From NCBI GenBank assembly GCA_965369785.1, contig CBDUTA010000002.1:1-48415 (forward strand): a stretch of DNA of 48,415 nt. The letters run 5' to 3'. The notes under the pieces were generated by a model. It did not search any database and was not told the DNA's origin. It worked only from the letters and a program-made list of their open reading frames with translations. This document shows, one piece after another, positions 9,482 through 18,967 of the stretch. Positions within the stretch are counted from its first letter, which is position 1, and each line of letters opens with the position of its first letter. The translations under genes and the position numbers were made by a program. The stretch comes from an uncultured bacterium (lineage in GTDB: Bacteria; Acidobacteriota; UBA6911; RPQK01; JADFOI01).

Positions 9482-11009
9482 CCCTCTCTCCTATTGGGAT
9501 CCTGAGGACGAAAAATTCTGGAATGAATCGGGGAAGGCCACGGCCTACCGGAACCTGTGGGTGTCCATACCCTGCCTGCTGTGCGCCTTCGCCGTCTGGA
9601 TGTACTGGTCCATCATCATCGTCCAGATGCAGAATCTTGGCTTCCCCTTCAGCAAGGAGCAGCTCTATACCTTGACCGCCATTGCCGGACTGCTGGGAGC
9701 CACTTTACGCATACCCCACTCCTTTTTCATTGCTTTATCGGGTGGACGGAATGTCATCACCACCACTACGGCGCTCCTGCTTCTGCCTGCCATTGGTGTA
9801 GGTATAGCTCTGGGGAACATCAATACAAGCTATGGGTCCTTTGTGGTTCTGGCGGCTCTGTCAGGAATCGGAGGAGGAGCCTTTGCATCGTCCATGTCCA
9901 ACATCAGCTACTTTTTTCCCCGGCGAATGCAAGGGCTTTCACTGGGCTTGAATGCGGGTCTGGGCAATGTGGGTGTCAGTGTGATGCAGATTCTCATCCC
10001 TTTCGTGATGACCTTTTCCTTCTTGGGTGCTCTGGGAGGAAAAGGGCTTCCGTTGCTGGAAGAATTGGGAGGCCAGGTGATCTGGATCCAGAATGCGGGA
10101 TGGGTCTGGGTACCCGTCCTGGCAGTCCTATCGGTTCTTTCCTGGGTACTCATGGATAACCTCCCGATACATAAGGTAGGTCCGGCAGCTCCGGCCATCA
10201 TGAAGGTCCTCTGGTTGGTGTTTCTCAGTTTCGTCGGTGGAGGAGTGGGCAGTTACCTGCTGGTGGGACTGGGGTGGAACATGTGGATCGTGCTTCCCCT
10301 GACCATTATCCTGACCCTGGCGCTGGTGAGGTATCTTGCCCCGAAATCTGTTCGAACGAATCTGGGCGAGCAGTTCGTGATCTTCAGGGAGAAGCACAAC
10401 TGGGTCATGACCTGGCTCTATACCATGACTTTCGGGTCCTTTATCGGTTACTCAGCGGCCTTTCCCAAGCTGATTCAGGATGTTTTTGGGTTCTTACCTG
10501 ATGGATCCATCAACCCCAGTGCTCCAAATCCATTGGCCTATGCCTGGTTGGGTCCCCTGGTGGGCTCGTTAGTGCGTCCCATCGGAGGTTATCTGTCTGA
10601 TAAGTGGGGGGGAGCACGGGTGACCCAATGGGACACTCTGGTGATGGTTGGATCCGCGCTGGGGGTAGCCTACTGTGTCCAGCTGGCGGGAACCTCGCAG
10701 ACTCCGGAGACCTATTTCATACCCTTTTTGATTCTGTTCCTACTGCTTTTTACCACCACCGGCATCGGCAATGGGTCCACCTTTCGGATGGTACCGACCA
10801 TTTTCCAATCCAACCTGGCCGGACCCGTGTTGGGGTGGATTTCCGCTGTAGCAGCCTACGGAGCCTTTATTGTCCCGCAAGTCTTTGGCAGGCAGATTCA
10901 GCGTGGTACCCCGGAGTACGCCTTGTACGGGTTTGCCCTTTATTACATCAGCTGTCTGATTGTGAACTGGTGGTTTTATGCACGACGCGATGCGGAAATT
11001 CCTTGCTAA
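9474..11009 (+). CDS. narK: NarK-type MFS nitrate/nitrite transporter (second paralog)
   Basis: The N-terminus MANPLSYWDPEDEKFWNESGKATAYRNLWVSIPCLL is typical of NarK2-like antiporters. ATG 9474 overlaps the preceding stop by 8 nt. The ORF-track start at 9420 is an upstream extension. Confidence 0.85.
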   Translation: MANPLSYWDPEDEKFWNESGKATAYRNLWVSIPCLLCAFAVWMYWSIIIVQMQNLGFPFSKEQLYTLTAIAGLLGATLRIPHSFFIALSGGRNVITTTTALLLLPAIGVGIALGNINTSYGSFVVLAALSGIGGGAFASSMSNISYFFPRRMQGLSLGLNAGLGNVGVSVMQILIPFVMTFSFLGALGGKGLPLLEELGGQVIWIQNAGWVWVPVLAVLSVLSWVLMDNLPIHKVGPAAPAIMKVLWLVFLSFVGGGVGSYLLVGLGWNMWIVLPLTIILTLALVRYLAPKSVRTNLGEQFVIFREKHNWVMTWLYTMTFGSFIGYSAAFPKLIQDVFGFLPDGSINPSAPNPLAYAWLGPLVGSLVRPIGGYLSDKWGGARVTQWDTLVMVGSALGVAYCVQLAGTSQTPETYFIPFLILFLLLFTTTGIGNGSTFRMVPTIFQSNLAGPVLGWISAVAAYGAFIVPQVFGRQIQRGTPEYALYGFALYYISCLIVNWWFYARRDAEIPC

Positions 11010-11024
11010 CTCGTACACTTGCTT

Positions 11025-11690
11025 ATGAACTCGGAGCTTCGAAAGCAAATATCGCTCCTGTGCGCCGTTGGCATCATTGTTGTCCTTGCCATCTTTCTCT
11101 CAAAAGCAGATTTTCGCCTGCCTGGAAATCATCAGGGATTTGCGCCTGAGCAACCCATCGAGTTTTCACATCGGCTGCACAGCGGCGATCTGGGGATTCA
11201 ATGTCTGTATTGTCATTCCGGTGTCGAACAGAGTCGCTCTGCGGGGATTCCCTCTGCCAGCACCTGCATGAATTGTCACCGCTTTGTCCTCGGGAATTGG
11301 AATGAGACCCGGATCGAGCAGCAGAAGGCCAATGAGGAAGATCGTGAAGTCCGACCTGTGGTTTCCTCGGAGTTGATCCAGCTCTACCAGGCAGTCGGAT
11401 TCAACAGTGAGGAGATGAGATACGAAGAGAACAATGGCGGCGGGTCTATTGAGTGGGTACGAGTACACCGTTTGCCGGACTTCGTCTACTTCGACCATCG
11501 TCCTCATTACACGGCCGGCGTCACCTGCCAGACCTGTCATGGTCCGGTGGAGACCGTGGAGAGAGTGTCCCAGTACTCAGACCTTTCCATGGGTTGGTGT
11601 CTGAATTGCCATCGCGATGTCAACAACGGAAGTGTTCCTGAACTGGTAGGAAGATTTGCCTCAACACAGTGCGGAGTCTGTCATTACTAA
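11025..11690 (+). CDS. actA: Alternative Complex III pentahaem cytochrome c subunit
   Basis: Five CxxCH motifs (CLYCH, CMNCH, CQTCH, CLNCH, CGVCH) follow an N-terminal TM anchor. TTG 11019 is an alternative start. Confidence 0.85.
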   Translation: MNSELRKQISLLCAVGIIVVLAIFLSKADFRLPGNHQGFAPEQPIEFSHRLHSGDLGIQCLYCHSGVEQSRSAGIPSASTCMNCHRFVLGNWNETRIEQQKANEEDREVRPVVSSELIQLYQAVGFNSEEMRYEENNGGGSIEWVRVHRLPDFVYFDHRPHYTAGVTCQTCHGPVETVERVSQYSDLSMGWCLNCHRDVNNGSVPELVGRFASTQCGVCHY

Positions 11691-11716
11691 CCAAGGAGGA
11701 TCGATTGGGTGGGTCT

Positions 11717-14700
11717 ATGTCCCTTGACGAAGGAAAAAAATACTGGAAAGGTAGCGAGGAACGCGAAGATACGAAGGCATTCCAGGAGACTCTCCAAAGC
11801 GAGTTTCCTGAACCACCACCGGTGGTTTCATGCCCGCAAGATTCCCAAATTCTGGAAGAATCCGTCTCACGTCGTTCCTTCTTGAAGGCAGCCGGGTTTT
11901 CAATTGCCGGGACGACTCTGGCTTCCTGCTCTCGAAGCCCTGCGGAGAAGGTGATACCCCTCCTGAACAGGCCCGAGCAAATGATACCCGGTAAGGCTTA
12001 CTGGTATGCCTCCACCTGCCAGGGCTGCAGCGCTGGATGCGGAATCCTGGCAAAAAATCGGGACGGGCGCCCTGTCAAGATCGAAGGCAATCCTGAACAC
12101 CCCCTTTCCAAGGGCGGTCTTTGCGCCGTAGGGCAGGCCATGGTGCTGGGTTTGTACGACTCGTTTCGGCTCCACAGTCCCATGATGGGTGGCAATCGCG
12201 TGACCTGGCCAGAACTGGATGGTTCCATCACAGAACACCTGGATTCACTTACCTCGGGTGTCTATTTCCTGACCGCGACGGTCACCAGTCTCACCGAGCG
12301 GGCTCTGATCAACCAATTTCTAAGCCGCTTTCACGAGAGCGAACATGTGGAATACGATCCCGTTTCCTACTCGGCCATTCTGGATGCACACCGGCAAACC
12401 CACGGACAACGATTGTTACCCCATTACCGTTTTGAGCGTGCCCAGGTCATTGTCAGCTTTGATGCCGATTTTCTGGGTACCTGGGTGTCACCCGTGGAGT
12501 TCACAAAGGCCTATTCCAGTGGCAGAACGCTGGAGGGCACTGCGGCTCAACTCTCTCACCACCTGCAGGTCGAGGGAAGAATGTCCCTTACAGGAGCCAA
12601 TGCGGACAAACGAATCAAAGCAACCCCTTATGAGATTTCCGGTTGGTTGCAGGCGCTGGCCGGGAAACTGGCCGGGCAAGCTGGTGTCAGCAATCCTGTG
12701 GAAGAAGCCGCCGTAGAGGTGGATGAAGAGATCTTGGATGAAATTGCCAGCCGGCTTTGGGATGCGAGAGGGGAAAGTTTGGTGGTTTGCGGTGTGAATG
12801 ATCTGGACACCCAGTGCCTGGTCAATTTCATCAACCATATCCTGGGAAACTACGGAAAGACTTTAGACATCGAAAGACCTTCCTTTCAATGGAATGGCCA
12901 TGACCAGGCCGTGTTGGATCTGCTTTCCAAGATGCAGGCGGGCCAGGTGGCAGCACTGTTCGTTTCCGGTGTGAATCCGGTTTACAGCATGCCTCGCGGG
13001 CAGGAATTTGCCCGGGCTCTGAGCCATGTTCCCTTGACGGTAGCTTTCGGCGATCATCTGGACGAAACGGCAACTCTGACCCAATATGTGTGTCCCCTCC
13101 ACCATCCTCTGGAGTCCTGGGATGATGCGGAATTGGTCTCAGGAGTGATCAGCGTTTCTCAACCGACTCTGGCCCCCTTTGGGGATACTCGTTCTGTTCG
13201 AGAGTGCCTGGCCGCCTGGATGGAGCAATCGGGCGATGATCTCCACATTCTGCAAGAACACTGGCGGGAGGAGGTCTTTCCTCGCCAAAAGGTGGAAAAA
13301 TCATTTCAACAGTTCTGGAATAAGTCTGTTCACGATGGCTACACCCTGGTGGAACCCAGGTCTGTACCCGTATCGACCTTTCAGGACCCGGCTGTCAGTC
13401 GGTTGGCTTTGTCCGCCCCGGCGCAAGAGGGCAGCTATTCACTGGTACTCTACCAAAAGGTTTCCATGCGAGACGGGCGCCATGCCCACAATCCCTGGCT
13501 TCAGGAACTGCCCGATCCGGTGACCAAGGCGGTCTGGGACAACTACGTCTGCCTGGCTCCTGCTGCGGCCAGCAGGCTGAACATCGAGGAAGGCGATTTG
13601 GTGACGGTCTCTACCGGAGCAGTGAGCCTCCAACTCCCGGCACAGATTCAGCCTGCTCAGCACGAGAAGGTGGTGGCTGTTGCGCTCGGTTATGGCCGCC
13701 AAGGGACGGATCGCTTTTCTAAGATCGGGCCGCAGTGGCTTCAGAGCACTCTGACCGTACCGGAAGGTGGAACCGTGGGGAAGAACGGCTTCGTTTATGT
13801 GAGAAGACAGGGTGGAAACCTTGCTTTTTCCAACACGGTCACACTGATACCAACAGGTCAGAGATCTCCCCTGGCCCTGACCCAAACCCATCATACGGTG
13901 ACCGTCCCGAAAGAGCTGGGAGAAAGCAACAGGCACATGGTCCGGGAGACCAGTCTGCCTGCATATCTGGAGGATCCCGCCTCGGGAAACCATTTTGAAC
14001 ATGAGGTTCTGCAACTCTGGCCTGAGGACCACCAATACACAGGGCATCACTGGGGGATGGCCATTGACCTGAATCGCTGCACCGGGTGTTCAGCTTGCGT
14101 GATCAGCTGCCAGGCTGAAAATAACGTATCGGTAGTGGGCAAGGACGAAGTTTACCGGCGCCGGGAAATGCACTGGATTCGCATCGACCGGTACTACAGC
14201 GGTACCGAGGAGGAGGTGGAAGTGATTCATCAGCCGTTGATGTGCCATCATTGCGACCACGCTCCCTGTGAGGCCGTCTGTCCCGTCCTGGCCACGGTGC
14301 ACAGCGATGAGGGCATCAACCAGCAGATCTACAATCGTTGTGTGGGAACCCGATATTGTGCCAATAACTGTCCCTACAAGGTTCGCCGCTTTAACTGGTT
14401 CAACTACGGAAATCGAGAGGCAAGGGAGAACCTGGTTCTGAATCCGGATATTACTACTCGAACACGCGGGGTGATGGAAAAGTGCTCCTTGTGTATCCAG
14501 CGGATTCAGGAAGTAAAAATCGAAGCCAAGAAAAACGGAAGACGTCCTGCTGACGGTGAGATTCAGACAGCATGCCAGCAATCTTGTCCGGCAGATGCCA
14601 TTGTCTTTGGTGATCTGAACGATCCCAATAGCCGGGTATCACAAATGAACGAGGATCCTCGCCATTATCGAATTCTGGAGGAAATGAATTTCAGGCCGAC

Positions 14701-14758
14701 GGTGGGATATTTGACCAAAGTACGGAATGTCGAAAAAGGGAAAGATCTACAGGGATAG
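11717..14758 (+). CDS. actB: Alternative Complex III molybdopterin-like/Fe-S fusion subunit
   Basis: It has a twin-arginine signal (SRRSFLKAAGFSIAG), an N-terminal molybdopterin-oxidoreductase-like domain and a C-terminal 4-cluster ferredoxin domain (CTGCSACVISC, CHHCDHAPCEAVCP, CVGTRYCANNCPYKVRRFN). TTG 11705, placed 4 nt after AGGAGGA, is an alternative start. Confidence 0.88.
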   Translation: MSLDEGKKYWKGSEEREDTKAFQETLQSEFPEPPPVVSCPQDSQILEESVSRRSFLKAAGFSIAGTTLASCSRSPAEKVIPLLNRPEQMIPGKAYWYASTCQGCSAGCGILAKNRDGRPVKIEGNPEHPLSKGGLCAVGQAMVLGLYDSFRLHSPMMGGNRVTWPELDGSITEHLDSLTSGVYFLTATVTSLTERALINQFLSRFHESEHVEYDPVSYSAILDAHRQTHGQRLLPHYRFERAQVIVSFDADFLGTWVSPVEFTKAYSSGRTLEGTAAQLSHHLQVEGRMSLTGANADKRIKATPYEISGWLQALAGKLAGQAGVSNPVEEAAVEVDEEILDEIASRLWDARGESLVVCGVNDLDTQCLVNFINHILGNYGKTLDIERPSFQWNGHDQAVLDLLSKMQAGQVAALFVSGVNPVYSMPRGQEFARALSHVPLTVAFGDHLDETATLTQYVCPLHHPLESWDDAELVSGVISVSQPTLAPFGDTRSVRECLAAWMEQSGDDLHILQEHWREEVFPRQKVEKSFQQFWNKSVHDGYTLVEPRSVPVSTFQDPAVSRLALSAPAQEGSYSLVLYQKVSMRDGRHAHNPWLQELPDPVTKAVWDNYVCLAPAAASRLNIEEGDLVTVSTGAVSLQLPAQIQPAQHEKVVAVALGYGRQGTDRFSKIGPQWLQSTLTVPEGGTVGKNGFVYVRRQGGNLAFSNTVTLIPTGQRSPLALTQTHHTVTVPKELGESNRHMVRETSLPAYLEDPASGNHFEHEVLQLWPEDHQYTGHHWGMAIDLNRCTGCSACVISCQAENNVSVVGKDEVYRRREMHWIRIDRYYSGTEEEVEVIHQPLMCHHCDHAPCEAVCPVLATVHSDEGINQQIYNRCVGTRYCANNCPYKVRRFNWFNYGNREARENLVLNPDITTRTRGVMEKCSLCIQRIQEVKIEAKKNGRRPADGEIQTACQQSCPADAIVFGDLNDPNSRVSQMNEDPRHYRILEEMNFRPTVGYLTKVRNVEKGKDLQG

Positions 14759-14830
14759 TTTTTGATTTCACAGACTCTGCTGAACACAAGGGTTTAGGGG
14801 AGGAAATTTCAACAGGCAAGCAGACACAAC

Positions 14831-16276
14831 ATGTCCCGAAACTATTCCACACTCAGAAAACCCCTGATTGAGGGGAATAAAAACCTGGGCGATGTTACGG
14901 CTGAGGTGGCAAGACCTCTGGAAGCGGGAGCCACCAAACTGTGGTGGTTCTCCTTTCTGACCTCCTTTACCGTTCTGGCCATAGGTGCTCTGGCGGTAGC
15001 TTATCAGATCAAGACCGGCATCGGGACCTGGGGGCTGAACAAGACGGTGGGCTGGGGATTTGACATCACTAATTTTGTTTTCTGGGTGGGGATTGGTCAC
15101 GCCGGTACTCTCATATCGGCCATCCTCTTCCTGTTCCGACAACGATGGCGTACCTCGATCAATCGCTCTGCGGAGGCCATGACGTTGTTTGCCGTCATGT
15201 GTGCCGGCTTGTTTCCCTTGATTCACATGGGTAGGCCATGGCTCTTTTTCTGGATAGCGCCCTATCCCAATTTTCGGGGTCCCCTCTGGGTGAATTTCCG
15301 CTCCCCTTTGCTGTGGGACTTTTTTGCCATCAGTACTTACTTCATCATCTCCGCCGTTTTCTGGTATCTGGGTCTGATCCCAGACATGGCCACATTGCGA
15401 GACCGCGCCCAGTCGAAGGTCCGAAAGGCAGTGTATGGGTGGATGAGTTTCGGATGGAACGGCTCAATGCGTACCTGGGTACGCTATGAAACCGTTTATA
15501 TGCTGCTGGCCGCTTTTGCGGCACCGCTGGTTTTGTCTGTCCACTCCATCGTGAGCATGGATTTTGCCACCGCAGTGATTCCGGGTTGGCACAGCACAAT
15601 TTTTCCTCCCTATTTCGTGGCGGGAGCAGTTTTCTCAGGTTTCTCCATGGTCCTCACCTTGCTGCTCATTGCCAGAAAGGTTCTCAACTACGAGGAATAT
15701 ATCACCGTGGACCATGTCGAGAAGATGTGCAAGATCGTGCTGGTGACAGGGGGAATCCTGGGCCTGGCTTATTTCCTGGAAGCCTTTATGGCCTGGTACT
15801 CAGCCAACCAGTATGAGCGATTTGTGTTCATCAATCGGGCTCTGGGACCCTACTCCTGGGCTTATTGGACCATGGTTTCCTGTAACGTCATTATCCCCCA
15901 GCTGCTGTGGATCAGAAAGGTGAGGAGAAATCTTGTTGCCGTGTTTGTCCTGGCCATTGTCATCAATATTGGAATGTGGTTTGAGCGCTTTGTCATTGTG
16001 GTCACCTCCCTTCATCGGGATTTCCTGCCCTCCAGTTGGGCCATGTATTCGCCTACAGTCATAGAGATCGCCACACTGGCGGGAAGCTTCGGACTGTTTT
16101 TTACCTGCTTTCTGCTCTTTGCCCGATTCATTCCCTTTATTGCCATGGCAGAGGTGAAAGCAGTTCTCAGTGATGGAAGGGTGTCAGAAACGGTGCCGGC
16201 TTCAAAGAAGGATCGAGCCGTTGCAACGGCCTCCTTGAGTTCAATGAATAAGAGTGAATTTGCACTGGAGGAATAA
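14831..16276 (+). CDS. actC: Alternative Complex III NrfD/PsrC-like quinol-interacting membrane subunit
   Basis: A 481-aa polytopic membrane protein with an NrfD-like sequence follows actB. Confidence 0.85.
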   Translation: MSRNYSTLRKPLIEGNKNLGDVTAEVARPLEAGATKLWWFSFLTSFTVLAIGALAVAYQIKTGIGTWGLNKTVGWGFDITNFVFWVGIGHAGTLISAILFLFRQRWRTSINRSAEAMTLFAVMCAGLFPLIHMGRPWLFFWIAPYPNFRGPLWVNFRSPLLWDFFAISTYFIISAVFWYLGLIPDMATLRDRAQSKVRKAVYGWMSFGWNGSMRTWVRYETVYMLLAAFAAPLVLSVHSIVSMDFATAVIPGWHSTIFPPYFVAGAVFSGFSMVLTLLLIARKVLNYEEYITVDHVEKMCKIVLVTGGILGLAYFLEAFMAWYSANQYERFVFINRALGPYSWAYWTMVSCNVIIPQLLWIRKVRRNLVAVFVLAIVINIGMWFERFVIVVTSLHRDFLPSSWAMYSPTVIEIATLAGSFGLFFTCFLLFARFIPFIAMAEVKAVLSDGRVSETVPASKKDRAVATASLSSMNKSEFALEE

Positions 16277-16279
16277 CTG

Positions 16280-16801
16280 ATGTCTGTTCCGCTGTTCCTG
16301 GGGATCTTCGAAGATGAAGATGATGTGATTCAAGCAACTAGGGCTACTCGTGCCCTGGGCTATGAAATTTTCGACGTTTACACTCCCTACGCCGTGCATG
16401 GCCTGGATGAGGCCATGGGATTGAAGCCAAGCCGATTGACCTGGATCTGCCTTGCCTTTGCTTTGGGTGGTCTCCTGGGAGCCAGCGTGGCACAGTTTTG
16501 GATTGGTTCCATTGACTGGCCTCTCAATGTGGGTGGGAAGCCCTTCAACTCTCTACCTGCCTACCTGCCTGTGATGTTTGAAATGACGGTTCTCATCGGT
16601 GGATTGGGCACAGTTTTGGCCCTGCTGATTCGGGCCGGCCTGTATCCCGGAAAACCGGCACGGGTGGTTCATGAAGAGGTGACGAACGATCGGTTTGTTT
16701 TGGCGCTGGAACAAAAGGACTCCTCATTCGATCCAGCAGTGTTGTGTGGCCTCTGGGAGCAGTATCACGTCGTGGACACCAAACAACTGGTGGAGGAATA
16801 G
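16280..16801 (+). CDS. actD: Alternative Complex III small membrane subunit (DUF3341-like)
   Basis: The N-terminus GIFEDEDDVIQATRATRALGYEIFDVYTPYAVHGLDEAMG is typical of ActD. It starts 3 nt after actC. Confidence 0.8.
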   Translation: MSVPLFLGIFEDEDDVIQATRATRALGYEIFDVYTPYAVHGLDEAMGLKPSRLTWICLAFALGGLLGASVAQFWIGSIDWPLNVGGKPFNSLPAYLPVMFEMTVLIGGLGTVLALLIRAGLYPGKPARVVHEEVTNDRFVLALEQKDSSFDPAVLCGLWEQYHVVDTKQLVEE

Positions 16802-16802
16802 G

Positions 16803-17369
16803 GTGAAGAAAGTTATTTTTTTGACGTGTGTTGTGCTGATGGGACTTTTTGTGCTCCAGCAGATCCTGGGATACTCTCCCGACAGACGAAACTGGGAGTT
16901 TCTTCCAGATATGGTCCGATCCAGGGCCTACCGATCCCAATCCTCCAGCCCCCACTTTTCAGATGGAAGGATGCAGCGGGAACCAGTCGCGGAGACGATT
17001 GCCCGGGGGTACATGCCCTTTGACTACGGAACTTCAGTGCAAGAGAGCGAGCGTTCCGGTCGGGAACTGCAAAGTCCTTTTGATGCCCGGCAACCCGCGG
17101 AGTTGGAACGTGGAGAGGCCATCTGGAAGACTTATTGTCAGGTCTGCCACGGCACGGAAGGTGAGGGAGACGGACCCGTGACAAGGCGGGGTTATCCCCC
17201 GCCGCCCTCACTGCTCTCTGGACGGGTGGAGGCCATGAAGGAGGGTCAGATCTTCCACATCATCACTTTCGGAAACGGAAACATGCCTTCCTACGGCTCC
17301 CAGATAGATCGTCGGGACCGCTGGCAGGTGGTGCAGCACCTCCGCCGGCTGCAGGAGAATCAGCAATGA
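16803..17369 (+). CDS. actE: Alternative Complex III monohaem cytochrome c subunit
   Basis: GTG 16803 is preceded by GGAGGA at 16792-16797. The product has a signal-like N-terminus (VKKVIFLTCVVLMGLFVL) and a single CQVCHG haem site. The ORF-track start at 16695 overlaps actD. Confidence 0.8.
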   Translation: MKKVIFLTCVVLMGLFVLQQILGYSPDRRNWEFLPDMVRSRAYRSQSSSPHFSDGRMQREPVAETIARGYMPFDYGTSVQESERSGRELQSPFDARQPAELERGEAIWKTYCQVCHGTEGEGDGPVTRRGYPPPPSLLSGRVEAMKEGQIFHIITFGNGNMPSYGSQIDRRDRWQVVQHLRRLQENQQ

Positions 17370-18541
17370 GTCAGGATTTGCCCGTATTGCAAGTGCCCAA
17401 TTCGATCAGGAAGCTGCTGCTGAGCATGATGGTCTTCGGCCTGGGAGTTTTCATCATGGGCGTCCTTCTCAGGCCAGAGCGCATCTGGCCCAATTTCCTG
17501 ATTGCAGAATTTTACCTCTTGAGCCTTGGACTGGGAGCGACCTTTTTCATTGCCGTTCTCTACGTGTCCAATGCCGGGTGGGGTGTGGCCATTCGACGGG
17601 TGCCCGAAGCCATCACCTCAGTGCTTCCCGTAGCGGGCTTTGGGGGGGCCGTTTTGATTTTTGGAATACACACCCTGTATCACTGGAGCGATGAGGCGGC
17701 CGTTGCCCAGGATGAAATCATCCAAGCCAAGAGTGCCTGGCTCAATGAAGAATTTTTTATTGCCAGACTGGTGCTGTATTTCGCTATCTGGATCGTGATG
17801 AGCAAAATGATCGTGAGGAACTCGGTGCGACAGGACACCGACGGTGACATGATCCACACTCGAAGAAACGTGCGTAATTCCGCCATTTTTCTCATCGTGG
17901 GATCCTTTACCGCATGCCTGGTCAGTATCGATTTACTGATGTCACTTCAGCCTCACTGGTACAGCACTATATTTGCCTGGATGAGCTTATCGGGAATGTT
18001 CCTGAGTGGTCTGGCCATGATCAGCGTGTTTGTGGTCATCCTGAGAGGGATGGGCTGTGGGCATGTCTTTACCACCGATCACTTGCACGATCTGGGACGA
18101 CTGATGCAGGCCTTTAGTTTTTTCTGGGTGTACATGTGGGTTTCTCAACATATGCTCATCTGGTACTCCAATATTCCCGAAGAAACCTCCTATTACATTT
18201 TTCGGCATTTTGGAGGCTGGGGGTCACTGTCATTTTTGAATGTACTCTTGAATTGGCTTATTCCGTTTGTGGTGCTGTTGCCAAAGCGCAACAAGCGAGA
18301 TGACAAGCTCATGCTTCAGATGGCAACGGTCATTCTGATAGGACGTTGGTTGGACCTGTACATCATGGTCATGCCGGCCACCTTTGGCGAAGAGCCAACA
18401 CTGGGCCTGTGGGAAATTGGTCCAATGATAGGGGCCCTGGCACTGTTCTTCTGGCTGGTGTTTCGAGCCCTGGGCAAGCAAGCTCTGGTGCCGATCAAGG
18501 ATCCTTATCTCAGCGAGAGTCTGCCTCAGGAAGGGCATTGA
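17366..18541 (+). CDS. actF: Alternative Complex III second NrfD-like membrane subunit
   Basis: A 391-aa polytopic membrane protein overlaps actE by 4 nt. Confidence 0.8.
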   Translation: MSQDLPVLQVPNSIRKLLLSMMVFGLGVFIMGVLLRPERIWPNFLIAEFYLLSLGLGATFFIAVLYVSNAGWGVAIRRVPEAITSVLPVAGFGGAVLIFGIHTLYHWSDEAAVAQDEIIQAKSAWLNEEFFIARLVLYFAIWIVMSKMIVRNSVRQDTDGDMIHTRRNVRNSAIFLIVGSFTACLVSIDLLMSLQPHWYSTIFAWMSLSGMFLSGLAMISVFVVILRGMGCGHVFTTDHLHDLGRLMQAFSFFWVYMWVSQHMLIWYSNIPEETSYYIFRHFGGWGSLSFLNVLLNWLIPFVVLLPKRNKRDDKLMLQMATVILIGRWLDLYIMVMPATFGEEPTLGLWEIGPMIGALALFFWLVFRALGKQALVPIKDPYLSESLPQEGH

Positions 18542-18583
18542 GCGGAAGCCACCCACCCGCTGTAACCACCACCGATCTAAATT

Positions 18584-18604
18584 TCCGGATGCATGATCCG
18601 GGCT
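18584..18604. repeat. Collapsed mini-copy of the MITE family B termini
   Basis: TCCGGATGCATGATCCGGGCT matches the right TIR TATGCATAATCCGGGCT at 15 of 17 positions. It is itself a CCGGAT/ATCCGG hairpin. Confidence 0.45.
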
Positions 18605-18750
18605 GGGAACACTAAAGCCTTCCCGATTCTCACCGATATGATCCATGGTCCCTGTTTGCTCATGAAAGGTGAAGTCCACCCAGTCTTGCTCTCACAGATC
18701 ATTTTGGTACCTGACCTCACAACAGGCTGGCACCGGTTGGTTTCTGTAGA

Positions 18751-18947
18751 GCCCGGATTATGCATAGGTTCTTGTCACGAAAGGGGTGGCGCCGACCTGA
18801 GTGCGCTGCGCCACGCGCGACTGAGGCCCCCGCAAACGTACTGTAGGGTACGTTGAGGAGGCCGGGGGCACCCGCTTGCGGGTCGCGCAACGCTGGCAGG
18901 ACGGATGATTTCGCCGCTGCAGTAGAGAATTTATGCATAATCCGGGC
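18751..18947. mobile_element. MITE family B, full copy 1 (197 bp), with perfect 16-bp TIRs GCCCGGATTATGCATA
   Basis: The left TIR is at 18751-18766 and the right TIR TATGCATAATCCGGGC at 18932-18947. The interior holds GC-rich hairpins (ACCCGC-TT-GCGGGT and ACGTAC..GTACGT). The element ends 20 nt before the HDOD gene start. Confidence 0.8.
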
Positions 18948-18967
18948 TAAGGTAAAGGAGATAAACG

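Noticed and set aside
18717-18938. Similar peptides (MHKFST...LCIIRA) from the ORFs at 18717-18938 (-) and 34826-35344 (+), suggesting a duplicated small gene
   Set aside because: Both ORFs lie inside the two MITE family B copies. The similarity follows from the DNA repeat. The frames are interrupted differently by the module swap, and neither has an RBS.
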